From assembly GCA_040954595.2 (NCBI GenBank), contig CM082582.2, forward strand, positions 1,426,001 through 1,490,000: a stretch of DNA of 64,000 nucleotides, read 5' to 3'. The translations under genes were made by a program, and so were the position numbers. The DNA is from Balanoglossus misakiensis (taxonomy: Eukaryota; Animalia; Hemichordata). Below, piece by piece: positions 1 to 15,000 of the stretch (its first letter is position 1; each line of letters begins with the position of its first letter). The notes beneath the pieces were generated by a model. That model was not told the DNA's origin and made no database searches. It was given only the letters and a program-made list of their open reading frames with translations.

Positions 1-3000
1 ATTTTTTGATGATTTTCAACAATTTTTTTAAAAAATCGACGAAAATTTGAGATTTTGCAGTAAAAAATTTGTCATTTTTTGATGATTTTCACCCATGATT
101 TTTTCAAAATTGGCAAAATTTTGAGATTTTGCAAAGTCGAAAATTTGTCATTTTTTGATGATTTTCACCCATGATTTTTTTTCACAAATCGACGAAATTT
201 TGAGATTTTGTAGTCGTTAATTTGTCATTTTTTGATGATTTTCCCCCATGATTTTTTTCAAAAATCAACGAAATTTTGAGATTTTGCAAAGTCGAAAATT
301 TGTCATTTTTAGATGATTTTCACCCGTCTTTTTTCAAAAACTCGACGAAATTTTGAGATTTTGCAAAGAGGAAAATTTGTCATTTTTTGATAATTTTCAA
401 CAATGATTTATTTCAAAAATCGACGAAATTTTGAGATTTTGCAGTCGAAAATTTGTCATTTTTTGATGATTTTCCCCCATGATTTTTTTCCAAAATCGAC
501 GAAATTTTGAGATTTTGCAAAGTTGAAAATTTTTCAAAAATCGACGAAATTTATAGATTTTGCAAAGAGGAAAATTTGTCATTTTTTGATGATTTTCACC
601 CATGATTTTTTTCAAAATTGACGAAATTTTGAGTTTTTGCAGTCGAAAATTTGTAATTTTTTGATGATTTTCACCCGTTTTTTTTTCAAAAATCGACGAA
701 ATTTTGAGATTTTGCAGTCGAAAATTTGTCATTTTTTGATGATTTTCACCCATGATTTTTTCAAAATTGACGAAATTTTGAAATTTTGCAGTCGAAAATT
801 TGTCATTTTTTGATCATTTTCCCCATGATTTTTTTCAAAAATCGACGAAATTTTGAGATTTTGCAAAGTCGAAAATTTGTCATTTTTTGATGATTTTCAC
901 CCTTGATTTTCTTCAAAAATCGACGAAATTTTGAGATTTTGCAAAGTCGAAAATTTGTCATTTTTTGATGATTTTCACCCATGATTTTTTTCAAAAATCG
1001 ATGAAATTTTGAGATTTTGCAGTAAAAAAATTGTCATTATTTTGATGATTTTCGACCATGATTTTTTTCAAAATTGACGAAATTTTGAGATTTTGCAGTC
1101 GAAAATTTGTCATTTTTTGATCATTTTCCCCAATGATTTTTTTCAAAAATCGACGAAATTTTCAGATTTTGCAAAGTCGAAAATTTGTCATTTTTTCATG
1201 ATTTTCACCCATGATTTTTTCAAAAATCGACGAAATTTTGAGATTTTGCAAAGTCGAAAATTTGTCATTTTTTGATGATTTTCACCCATGTCTTTTTTCA
1301 AAAATCGACGAAATTTTGAGATTTTGCAAAGTCGAAAATTTGTCATTTTTTGATGATTTTCACCCTTGATTTTCTTCAAAAATCGACGAAATTTTGAGAT
1401 TTTGCAAAGTCGAAAATTTGTCATTTTTTGATGATTTTCACCCATGATTTTTTTCAAAAATCGATGAAATTTTGAGATTTTGCAGTAAAAAAATTGTCAT
1501 TATTTTGATGATTTTCGACCATGATTTTTTTCAAAATTGACGAAATTTTGAGATTTTGCAGTCGAAAATTTGTCATTTTTTGATCATTTTCCCCAATGAT
1601 TTTTTTCAAAAATCGACGAAATTTTCAGATTTTGCAAAGTCGAAAATTTGTCATTTTTTCATGATTTTCACCCATGATTTTTTCAAAAATCGACGAAAAT
1701 TTGTCGAAAATTTGTCATTTTTTGATGATTTTCCCCCATGATTTTTTTCAAAAATCGACGAAATTTTGAGATTTTGCAAAGTTGAAAATTTTTCAAAAAT
1801 CGACGAAATTTATTGATTTTGCAAAGAGGAAAATTTGTCATTTTTTGATGATTTTCACCCATGATTTTTTTCAAAATTGACGAAATTTTGAGTTTTTGCA
1901 GTCGAAAATTTTTCATTTTTTGATGATTTTCACCCGTTTTTTTTTCAAAAATCGACGAAATTTTGAGATTTTGCAGTCGAAAATTTGTCATTTTTTGATG
2001 ATTTTCACCCATGATTTTTTCAAAATTGACGAAATTTTGAAATTTTGCAGTCGAAAATTTGTCATTTTTTGATCATTTTCCCCATGATTTTTTTCAAAAA
2101 TCGACGAAATTTTGAGATTTTGCAAAGTCGAAAATTTGTCATTTTTTGATGATTTTCACCCTTGATTTTCTTCAAAAATCGACGAAATTTTGAGATTTTG
2201 CAAAGTCGAAAATTTGTCATTTTTTGATGATTTTCACCCATGATTTTTTTCAAAAATCGATCAAATTTTGAGATTTTGCAGTAAAAAAATTGTCATTTTT
2301 TGATGATTTTCACCCATGATTTTTTTCAAAATTGACGAAATTTTGAGATTTTGCAGTCGAAAATTTGTCATTTTTTGATCATTTTCCCCCATGATTTTTT
2401 TCAAAAATCGACGAAATTTTCAGATTTTGCAAAGTCGAAAATTTGTCATTTTTTCATGATTTTCACCCACAATTTTTTCAAAAATCGACGAAATTTTGAG
2501 ATTTTGCAGTCGAAAATTTGTAATTTTTTGATGATTTTCCCCCATGATTTTTTTCAAAAATCGACGAAATTTTGAGATTTTGCAAAGTCGAAAATTTGTC
2601 ATTTTTTGATGATTTTCACCCATGATTTTCTTCAAAAATCGACGAAATTTTGAGATTTTGCAAAGTCGAAAATTTGTCATTTTTTGATGATTTTCACCCA
2701 TGATTTTTTTCAAAAATCGACGAAATTTTGAGATTTTGCAAAGTCGAAAATTTGTCATTTTTTCATGATTTTCACCCATGATTTTTTCAAAAATCGATGA
2801 AATTTTCAGATTTTGCAAAGTCAAAAATTTGTCATTTTTTGATGATTTTCACCCATGATTTTTTTTCACAAATCGACGAAATTTTGAGATTTTGTAGTCG
2901 TAAATTTGTCATTTTTGATGATTTTCCCCCATGATTTTTTTCAAAAATCAACGAAATTTTGAGATTTTGCAAAGTCGAAAATTTGTCATTTTTAGATGAT

Positions 3001-6000
3001 TTTCACCCGTCTTTTTTCAAAAAATCGACGAAATTTTGAGATTTTGCAAAAAGGAAAATTTGTCAATTTTTGATAATTTTCAACAATGATTTATTTCAAA
3101 AATCGACGAAATTTTGAGATTTTGCAGTCGAAAATTTGTCATTTTTTGATGATTTTCCCCCATGATTTTTTTCAAAAATCGACGAAATTTTGAGATTTTG
3201 CAAAGTTGAAAATTTTTCAAAAATCGACGAAATTTATAGATTTTGCAAAGAGGAAAATTTGTCATTTTTTGATGATTTTCACCCATGATTTTTTTCAAAA
3301 TTGATGAAATTTTGAGTTTTTGCAGTCGAAAATTTGTCATAAATTGATGATTTTCACCCATGATTTTTTCAAAATTGACGAAATTTTGAAATTTTGCAGT
3401 CGAAAATTTGTCATTTTTTGATCATTTTCCCCCATGATTTTTTTCAAAAATCGACGAAAATTTGAGATTTTGCAAAGTCGAAAATTTGTCATTTTTTGAT
3501 GATTTTCACCCATGATTTTTTTCAAAATTGACGAAATTTTGAAATTTTGCAAAGTCAAAAATTTGTCATTTTTTGATGATTTTCAACAATTTTTTTTAAA
3601 AAATCGACGAAAATTTGAGATTTTTCAGTCAAAAATTTGTCATTTTTTGATGATTTTCTCCCATGATTTTTTTCAAAAATCGACGAAATTTTGAGATTTT
3701 GCAAAGTTGAAAATTTTTCAAAAATCGACGAAATTTATAGATTTTGCAAAGAGGAAAATTTGTCATTTTTTGATGATTTTCACCCATGATTTTTTTCAAA
3801 ATTGACGAAATTTTGAAATTTTGCAGTCGAAAATTTGTCATTTTTTGATCATTTTCCCCCATGATTTTTTTCAAAAATCGACGAAAATTTGAGATTTTGC
3901 AAAGTCGAAAATTTGTCATTTTTTGATGATTTTCACCCATGATTTTTTTCAAAATTGACGAAATTTTGAAATTTTGCAAAGTCAAAAATTTGTCATTTTT
4001 TGATGATTTTCAACAATTTTTTTTAAAAAATCGACGAAAATTTGAGATTTTTCAGTCAAAAATTTGTCATTTTTTGATGATTTTCTCCCATGATTTTTTT
4101 CAAAAATCGACGAAATTTTGAGATTTTGCAAAGTTGAAAATTTTTCAAAAATCGACGAAATTTATAGATTTTGCAAAGAGGAAAATTTGTCATTTTTTGA
4201 TGATTTTCACCCATGATTTTTTTCAAAATTGACGAAATTTTGAGTTTTTGCAGTCGAAAATTTGTCATTTTTTGATCATTTTCCCCATGATTTTTTTCAA
4301 AAATCGACGAAATTTTGAGATTTTGCAAAGTCGAAAATTTGTCATTTTTTGATGATTTTCACCCTTGATTTTCTTCAAAAATCGACGAAATTTTGAGATT
4401 TTGCAAAGTCGAAAATTTATCATTTTTTGATGATTTTCACCCATGATTTTTTTCAAAAATCGATGAAATTTTGAGATTTTGCAGTAAAAAAAATGTCATT
4501 TTTTGATGATTTTCACCCATGATTTTTTTCAAAATTGACGAAATTTTGAGATTTTGCAGTCGAAAATTTGTCATTTTTTGATCATTTTCCCCCATGATTT
4601 TTTTCAAAAATCGACGAAATTTTCAGATTTTGCAAAGTCGAAAATTTGTCATTTTTTCATGATTTTCACCCATGATTTTTTCAAAAATCGACGAAATTTT
4701 GAGATTTTGCAGTCGAAAATTTGTAATTTTTTGATGATTTTCCCCCATGATTTTTTTCAAAAATCGACGAAATTTTGAGATTTTGCAAAGTCGAAAATTT
4801 GTCATTTTTTGATGATTTTCACCCATGATTTTCTTGAAAAATCGACGAAATTTTGAGATTTTGCAAAGTCGAAAATTTGTCATTTTTTGATGATTTTCAC
4901 CCATGATTTTTTTCAAAAATCGACGAAATTTTGAGATTTTGCAAAGTCGAAAATTTGTCATTTTTTGATGATTTTCACCCATGATTTTTTTCAAAAATCG
5001 ACGAAATTTTGAGATTTTGCAAAGTCGAAAATTTGTCATTTTTTGATGATTTTCAACAATTTTTTTTAAAAAATCGACGAAAATTTGAGATTTTTCAGTC
5101 AAAAATTTGTCATTTTTTGATGATTTTCTCCCATGATTTTTTTCAAAAATCGACGAAATTTTGAGATTTTGCAAAGTTGAAAATTTTTCAAAAATCGACG
5201 AAATTTATAGATTTTGCAAAGAGGAAAATTTGTCATTTTTTGATGATTTTCACCCATGATTTTTTTCAAAATTGACGAAATTTTGAGTTTTTGCAGTCGA
5301 AAATTTGTCATTTTTTGATCATTTTCCCCATGATTTTTTTCAAAAATCGACGAAATTTTGAGATTTTGCAAAGTCGAAAATTTGTCATTTTTTGATGATT
5401 TTCACCCTTGATTTTCTTCAAAAATCGACGAAATTTTGAGATTTTGCAAAGTCGAAAATTTATCATTTTTTGATGATTTTCACCCATGATTTTTTTCAAA
5501 AATCGATGAAATTTTGAGATTTTGCAGTAAAAAAAATGTCATTTTTTGATGATTTTCACCCATGATTTTTTTCAAAATTGACGAAATTTTGAGATTTTGC
5601 AGTCGAAAATTTGTCATTTTTTGATCATTTTCCCCCATGATTTTTTTCAAAAATCGACGAAATTTTCAGATTTTGCAAAGTCGAAAATTTGTCATTTTTT
5701 CATGATTTTCACCCATGATTTTTTCAAAAATCGACGAAATTTTGAGATTTTGCAGTCGAAAATTTGTAATTTTTTGATGATTTTCCCCCATGATTTTTTT
5801 CAAAAATCGACGAAATTTTGAGATTTTGCAAAGTCGAAAATTTGTCATTTTTTGATGATTTTCACCCATGATTTTCTTGAAAAATCGACGAAATTTTGAG
5901 ATTTTGCAAAGTCGAAAATTTGTCATTTTTTGATGATTTTCACCCATGATTTTTTTCAAAAATCGACGAAATTTTGAGATTTTGCAAAGTCGAAAATTTG

Positions 6001-9000
6001 TCATTTTTTGATGATTTTCACCCATGATTTTTTTCAAAAATCGACGAAATTTTGAGATTTTGCAAAGTCGAAAATGTGTCATTTTTTGATGATTTTCACC
6101 CATGTTTTTTTTTTAAAATCGACGAACCTATGATTTTTTTCAAAATAGACGAAATTTTGTGATTTTGCAAAGTCGAAAATTTTGTCATTTTTTGATGATT
6201 TTCAACCATGATTTTTTTTCAAAAATCGACGAAATTTTGAGATTTTGCAAAATCGTAAATTTGTCATTTTTTGATGATTTTCCCCCAATGGTTTTTTTCA
6301 AAATCGACGAAATTTTGAGATTTTGCAAAGTCGAAAATTTGTCATTTTTTGATGATTTTCCCCCATGATTTTTTTTCAAAAATGGACGAAATTTTGAGAT
6401 TTTGCAAAGACGAAAATTTGTCATTTTTTGATGATTTTCACACATGATTTTTTTTCAAAAATCGACGAAATTTTGAGATTTGGCAAAGTCGAAAATGTGT
6501 CATTTTTTGATGATTTTCACCCGTTTTTTTTCAAAATTTGTCATTTTTTGATGATTTTCACCCATGATTTTTTTTCAAAAATCGACGAAATTTTGAGATT
6601 TTGCAAAGTCGAAAATGTGTCATTTTTTGATGATTTTCACCCATGATTTTTTTCAAAAATCGACGAAATTTTGAGATTTTGCGAAGTCGAAAATTTGTCA
6701 TTTTTTGATGATTTTCACCCATGATTTTTTTCAAAAATCGACGAAATGTTGAGATTTTGCAAAGTCGAAAATTTGTCATTTTTTGATGATTTTCACCCAT
6801 GATTTTTTTCAAAAATGATTTTTTTCAAAAATCGGCGAAATTTTGAGATTTTGCAAAGTCGAAAATTTGTCATTTTTTGATGATTTTCACCCATGATTTT
6901 CTTCAAAAATCGACGAAATTTTGAGATTTTGCAAAGTCGAAAATTTGTCATTTTTTGATGGTTTTCACCCATGATTTTTTTTCAAAAATCGACGAAATTT
7001 TGAGATTTTGCAAAGTCGAAAATGTGTCATTTTTTGACGATTTTCACCCGTTTTTTTTTCAAAATTTGTCATTTTTTCATGATTTTCACCCATGATTTTT
7101 TCAAAAATCGACGAAATTTTGAGATTTTGCAGTCGAAAATTTGTAATTTTTTGATGATTTTCCCCCATGATTTTTTTCAAAAATCGACGAAATTTTGAGA
7201 TTTTGCAAAGTCGAAAATTTGTCATTTTTTGATGATTTTCACCCATGATTTTCTTCAAAAATCGACGAAATTTTGAGATTTTGCAAAGTCGAAAATTTGT
7301 CATTTTTTGATGATTTTCCCCCATGATTTTTTTTCAAAAATGGACGAAATTTTGAGATTTTGCAAAGACGAAAATTTGTCATTTTTTGATGATTTTCACA
7401 CATGATTTTTTTTCAAAAATCGACGAAATTTTGAGATTTGGCAAAGTCGAAAATGTGTCATTTTTTGATGATTTTCACCCGTTTTTTTTCAAAATTTGTC
7501 ATTTTTTGATGATTTTCACCCATGATTTTTTTTCAAAAATCGACGAAATTTTGAGATTTTGCAAAGTCGAAAATGTGTCATTTTTTGATGATTTTCACCC
7601 ATGATTTTTTTCAAAAATCGACGAAATTTTGAGATTTTGCGAAGTCGAAAATTTGTCATTTTTTGATGATTTTCACCCATGATTTTTTTCAAAAATCGAC
7701 GAAATGTTGAGATTTTGCAAAGTCGAAAATTTGTCATTTTTTGATGATTTTCACCCATGATTTTTTTCAAAAATGATTTTTTTCAAAAATCGGCGAAATT
7801 TTGAGATTTTGCAAAGTCGAAAATTTGTCATTTTTTGATGATTTTCACCCATGATTTTCTTCAAAAATCGACGAAATTTTGAGATTTTGCAAAGTCGAAA
7901 ATTTGTCATTTTTTGATGGTTTTCACCCATGATTTTTTTTCAAAAATCGACGAAATTTTGAGATTTTGCAAAGTCGAAAATGTGTCATTTTTTGACGATT
8001 TTCACCCGTTTTTTTTTCAAAATTTGTCATTTTTTCATGATTTTCACCCATGATTTTTTCAAAAATCGACGAAATTTTGAGATTTTGCAGTCGAAAATTT
8101 GTAATTTTTTGATGATTTTCCCCCATGATTTTTTTCAAAAATCGACGAAATTTTGAGATTTTGCAAAGTCGAAAATTTGTCATTTTTTGATGATTTTCAC
8201 CCATGATTTTCTTGAAAAATCGACGAAATTTTGAGATTTTGCAAAGTCGAAAATTTGTCATTTTTTGATGATTTTCACCCATGATTTTTTTCAAAAATCG
8301 ACGAAATTTTGAGATTTTGCAAAGTCGAAAATTTGTCATTTTTTGATGATTTTCACCCATGATTTTTTTCAAAAATCGACGAAATTTTGAGATTTTGCAA
8401 AGTCGAAAATGTGTCATTTTTTGATGATTTTCACCCATGTTTTTTTTTTAAAATCGACGAACCTATGATTTTTTTCAAAATAGACGAAATTTTGTGATTT
8501 TGCAAAGTCGAAAATTTTGTCATTTTTTGATGATTTTCAACCATGATTTTTTTTCAAAAATCGACGAAATTTTGAGATTTTGCAAAATCGTAAATTTGTC
8601 ATTTTTTGATGATTTTCCCCCAATGGTTTTTTTCAAAATCGACGAAATTTTGAGATTTTGCAAAGTCGAAAATTTGTCATTTTTTGATGATTTTCCCCCA
8701 TGATTTTTTTTCAAAAATGGACGAAATTTTGAGATTTTGCAAAGACGAAAATTTGTCATTTTTTGATGATTTTCACACATGATTTTTTTTCAAAAATCGA
8801 CGAAATTTTGAGATTTGGCAAAGTCGAAAATGTGTCATTTTTTGATGATTTTCACCCGTTTTTTTTCAAAATTTGTCATTTTTTGATGATTTTCACCCAT
8901 GATTTTTTTTCAAAAATCGACGAAATTTTGAGATTTTTCAAAGTCGAAAATGTGTCATTTTTTGATGATTTTCACCCATGATTTTTTTCAAAAATCGACG

Positions 9001-12000
9001 AAATTTTGAGATTTTGCGAAGTCGAAAATTTGTCATTTTTTGATGATTTTCACCCATGATTTTTTTCAAAAATCGACGAAATGTTGAGATTTTGCAAAGT
9101 CGAAAATTTGTCATTTTTTGATGATTTTCACCCATGATTTTTTTCAAAAATGATTTTTTTCAAAAATCGGCGAAATTTTGAGATTTTGCAAAGTCGAAAA
9201 TTTGTCATTTTTTGATGATTTTCACCCATGATTTTCTTCAAAAATCGACGAAAATTTGAGATTTTGCAAAGACGAAAATTTGTCATTTTTGATGATTTTT
9301 ACCCATTTTTTTTCAAAAATGGACGAAATTTTGAGATTTTGCAAAGACGAAAATTTGTCATTTTTTGATGATTTTCACCCATGATTTTTTTTTCACAAAT
9401 CGACGTAATTTTGAGATTTTGTAGTCGTAAATTTGTCATTTTTGATGATTTTCCCCCCATGATTTTTTTCAAAAATCAACGAAATTTTGAGATTTTGCAA
9501 AGTCGAAAATTTGTCATTTTTAGATGATTTTCACCCGTCTTTTTTCAAAAAATCGACGAAATTTTGAGATTTTGCAAAGAGGAAAATTTGTCAATTTTTG
9601 ATAATTTTCAACAATGATTTATTTCAAAAATCGACGAAATTTTGAGATTTTGCAGTCGAAAATTTGTCATTTTTTGATGATTTTCCCCCATGATTTTTTT
9701 CAAAAATCGACGACATTTTGAGATTTTGCAAAGTTTAAAATTTTTCAAAAATCGACGAAATTTATAGATTTTGCAAAGAGGAAAATTTGTCATTTTTTGA
9801 TGATTTTCACCCATGATTTTTTCAAAAATGGACGAAATGTTGAGATTTTGCAAAGACGAAAATTTGTCATTTTTTGATGATTTTCACCCATGATTTTTTT
9901 CAAAAATTGACGAAATTTTGAGATTTTGCAAAGTCGAAAATTTGTCATTTTTTGATGATTTTCCCCCGTTTTTTTTTTTAAATGGACGAAATTTTGAGAT
10001 TTTGCAAAGACGAAAATTTGTAATTTTTTGATGATTTTCACCCATGATTTTTTCAAAAATTGACGAAATTTTGAGATTTTGCAAAGTCGAAAATTTGTAA
10101 TTTTTTGATGATTTTCACCCATGTCTTTTTTTAAAAATCGACGAAATTTTGAGATTTTGCAAAGACGAAAATTTGTCATTTTTTGATGATTTTCACCCAT
10201 GTCTTTTTTTAAAAATCGACGAAATTTTGAGATTTTGCAAAGAGGAAAATTTGTCATTTTTTCATGATTTTCACCCATGATTTTTTTCAAAAATCGACGA
10301 AATTTTGAGATTTTGCAAAGTCGACGAAAATGTGTCATTTTTTGATGATTTTCACCCGTTTTTTTTTCAAAATTTGTCATTTTTTGATGATTTTCACCCA
10401 TGTTTTTTTTTAAAAAATCGACGAACCTATGATTTTTTTCAAAATCGACGAAATTTTGTGATTTTATAAAGTCGAAAATTTTGTCATTTTTTGATGATTT
10501 TCAACCATGATTTTTTTTCAAAAATCGACGAAAATTTGAGATTTTGCAAAGACGAAAATTTGTCATTTTTGATGATTTTTACCCATGATTTTTTTCAAAA
10601 ATGGGCGAAATTTTGAGATTTTGCAAAGACGAAAATTTGTCATTTTTTGATGATTTTCACCCATGATTTTTTTCAAAAATCGACGAAATTTTGAGATTTT
10701 GCAAAGTCGAAAATTTGTCATTTTTTGATGATTTTCCCCCGTTTTTTTTTTTAAATGGACGAAATTTTGAGATTTTGCAAAGACGAAAATTTGTAATTTT
10801 TTGATGATTTTCACACATGATTTTTTCAAAAATTGACGAAATTTTGAGATTTTGCAAAGTCGAAAATTTGTAATTTTTTGATGATTTTCACCCATGTCTT
10901 TTTTTAAAAATCGACGAAATTTTGAGATTTTGCAAAGACGATAATTTGTCATTTTTTGATGATTTTCACCCATGTCTTTTTTTAAAAATCGACGAAATTT
11001 TGAGATTTTGCAAAGAGGAAAATTTGTCATTTTTTCATGATTTTCCCCCATGATTTTTTTCAAAAATCGACGAAATTTTGAGATTTTGCAAAGTCGACGA
11101 AAATGTGTCATTTTTTGATGATTTTCACCCGTTTTTTTTTCAAAATTTGTCATTTTTTGATGATTTTCACCCATGTTTTTTTTAAAAAAATCGACGAACC
11201 TATGATTTTTTTCAAAATCGACGAAATTTTGTGATTTTACAAAGTCGAAAATTTTGTCATTTTTTGATGATTTTCAACCATGATTTTTTTTCAAAAATCG
11301 ACGAAAATTTGAGATTTTGCAAAGACGAAAATTTGTCATTTTTGATGATTTTTACCCATGATTTTTTTTCAAAAATGGGCGAAATTTTGAGATTTTGCAA
11401 AGACGAAAATTTGTCATTTTTTGATGATTTTCACCCATGATTTTTTTCAAAAATCGACGAAATTTTGAGATTTTGCAAAGTCGAAAATTTGTCATTTTTT
11501 GATGATTTTCCCCCGTTTTTTTTTTTAAATGGACGAAATTTTGAGATTTTGCAAAGACGAAAATTTGTAATTTTTTGATGATTTTCACCCATGATTTTTT
11601 CAAAAATTGACGAAATTTTGAGATTTTGCAAAGTCGAAAATTTGTCATTTTTTGATGATTTTCACACATGATTTTTTTCAAAAATCGACGAAATTGTGAG
11701 ATTTTGCAAAGACGAAAATTTGTCATTTTTTGATGATTTTTACCCATGATTTTTTTTCAAAAATGGACGAAATTTTGAGATTTTGCAAAGTCGAAAATTT
11801 GTTATTTTTTGATGATTTTCACCCATGTCTTTTTTTAAAAATCGACGAAATTTTGAGATTTTGCAAAGAGGAAAATTTGTCATTTTTTCATGATTTTCCC
11901 CCATGATTTTTTTCAAAAATCGACGAAATTTTGAGATTTTGCAAAGTCGACGAAAATGTGTCATTTTTTGATGATTTTCACCCGTTTTTTTTTCAAAATT

Positions 12001-15000
12001 TGTCATTTTTTGATGATTTTCACCCATGTTTTTTTTTAAAAAATCGACGAACCTATGATTTTTTTCAAAATCGACGAAATTTTGTGATTTTACAAAGTCG
12101 AAAATTTTGTCATTTTTTGATGATTTTCAACCATGATTTTTTTTCAAAAATCGACGAAAATTTGAGATTTTGCAAAGACGAAAATTTGTCATTTTTGATG
12201 ATTTTTACCCATGATTTTTTTTCAAAAATGGACGAAATTTTGAGATTTTGCAAAGACGAAAATTTGTCATTTTTTGATGATTTTCACCCATGATTTTTTT
12301 TCAAAAATCGACGAAATTTTTAGATTTTGCAAAGTCGAACATTTGTCATTTTTTGATGATTTTCACCCATGTTTTTATTTAAAAAAATCGACGAACCCAT
12401 GATTTTTTTCAAAACCGACGAAATTTTGAGATTTTGCAAAGTCGAAAATTTGTCATTTTTTGATGATTTTCACCCATAATTTTTTTCAAAAATCGACGAA
12501 ATTTTGAGATTTTGCAAAGACGAAAATTTGTCATTTTTTGATGATTTTCACCCATGATTTTTTTTTCACAAATCGACGTAATTTTGAGATTTTGTAGTCG
12601 TAAATTTGTCATTTTTGATGATTTTCCCCCATGATTTTTTTCAAAAATCAACGAAATTTTGAGATTTTGCAAAGTCGAAAATTTGTCATTTTTAGATGAT
12701 TTTCACCCGTCTTTTTTCAAAAAATCGACGAAATTTTGAGATTTTGCAAAGAGGAAAATTTGTCAATTTTTGATAATTTTCAACAATGATTTATTTCAAA
12801 AATCGACGAAATTTTGAGATTTTGCAAAGACGAAAATTTGTCATTTTTTGATGATTTTCACCCATGATTTTTTCAAAAATTGACGAAATTTTGAGATTTT
12901 GCAAAGTTGAAAATTTGTCATTTTTTGATGATTTTCACCCATGATTTTTTTCAAAAATCGACGAAATTTTGAGATTTTGCAAAGTCGAAAATTTGTCATT
13001 TTTTGATGATTTTCCCCCGTTTTTTTTTTTTAAATGGACGAAATTTTGAGATTTTGCAAAGACGAAAATTTGTCATTTTTTGATGATTTTCACCCATGAT
13101 TTTTTCAAAAATTGACGAAATTTTGAGATTTTGCAAAGTCGAAAATTTGTCATTTTTTGATGATTTTCACACATGATTTTTTTCAAAAATCTACGAAATT
13201 TTGAGATTTTGCAGTCAAAAATTTGTCATTTTTTGATGATTTTCACCCATATTATTTTTCAAAAACCGACGAAATTTTGAGATTTTGCAAAGACGAAAAT
13301 TTGTCATTTTTTGATGATTTTCACCCACGATTTTTTCAAAAATTGACGAAATTTTGAGATTTTGCAAAGTCGAAAATTTGTCATTTTTTGATGATTTTCA
13401 CCCATGATTTTTTCAAAAATTGACGAAATTTTGAGATTTTGCAAAGTCGAAAATTTGTCATTTTTTGATGATTTTCACACATGATTTTTTTCAAAAATCT
13501 ACGAAATTGTGAGATTTTGCAAAGACGAAAATTTGTCATTTTTTGATGATTTTTACCCATGATTTTTTTTCAAAAATGGACGAAATTTTGAGATTTTGCA
13601 AAGTCGAAAATTTGTTATTTTTTGATGATTTTCACCCGTCTTTTTTTAAAAATCGACGAAATTTTGAGATTTTGCAGAGGAAAATTTGTCATTTTTTCAT
13701 GATTTTCCCCCATGATTTTTTTCAAAAATCGACAAAATTTTGAGATTTTGCAAAGTCGACGAAAATGTGTTATTTTTTGATGATTTTCACCTGTTTTTTT
13801 TTCAAAATTTGTCATTTTTTGATGATTTTCACCCATGATTTTTTTTCAAAAATCGACGAAATTTTTAGATTTTGCAAAGTCGAACATTTGTCATTTTTTG
13901 ATGATTTTCACCCATGTTTTTATTTAAAAAAATCGACGAACCCATGATTTTTTTCAAAACCGACGAAATTTTGAGATTTTGCAAAGTCGAAAATTTGTCA
14001 TTTTTTGATGATTTTCACCCATAATTTTTTTCAAAAATCGACGAAATTTTGAGATTTTGCAAAGACGAAAATTTGTCATTTTTTGATGATTTTCACCCAT
14101 GATTTTTTTTTCACAAATCGACGTAATTTTGAGATTTTGTAGTCGTAAATTTGTCATTTTTGATGATTTTCCCCCATGATTTTTTTCAAAAATCAACGAA
14201 ATTTTGAGATTTTGCAAAGTCGAAAATTTGTCATTTTTAGATGATTTTCACCCGTCTTTTTCAAAAAATCGACAAAATTTTGAGATTTTGCAAAGAGGAA
14301 AATTTGTCAATTTTTGATAATTTTCAACAATGATTTATTTCAAAAATCGACGAAATTTTGAGATTTTGCAGTCGAAAATTTGTCATTTTTTGATGATTTT
14401 CCCCCTTGATTTTTTTCAAAAATCGACGACATTTTGAGATTTTGCAAAGTTTAAAATTTTTCAAAAATCGACGAAATTTATAGATTTTGCAAAGAGGAAA
14501 ATTTGTCATTTTTTGATGATTTTCACCCATGATTTTTTCAAAAATGGACGAAATGTTGAGATTTTGCAAAGACGAAAATTTGTCATTTTTTGATGATTTT
14601 CACCCATGATTTTTTTCAAAAATTGACGAAATTTGAGATTTTGCAAAGTCGAAAATTTGTCATTTTTTGATGATTTTCACACATGATTTTTTTCAAAAAT
14701 CGACGAAATTGTGAGATTTTGCAAAGACGAAAATTTGTCATTTTTTGATGATTTTCACCCATGTCTTTTTTTAAAAATCGACGAAATTTTGAGATTTTGC
14801 AAAGAGGAAAATTTGTCATTTTTTCATGATTTTCCCCCATGATTTTTTTCAAAAATCGACGAAATTTTGAGATTTTGCAAAGTCGACGAAAATGTGTCAT
14901 TTTTTGATGATTTTCACCCGTTTTTTTTTCAAAATTTGTCATTTTTTGATGATTTTCACCCATGTTTTTTTTTAAAAAATCGACGAACCTATGATTTTTT

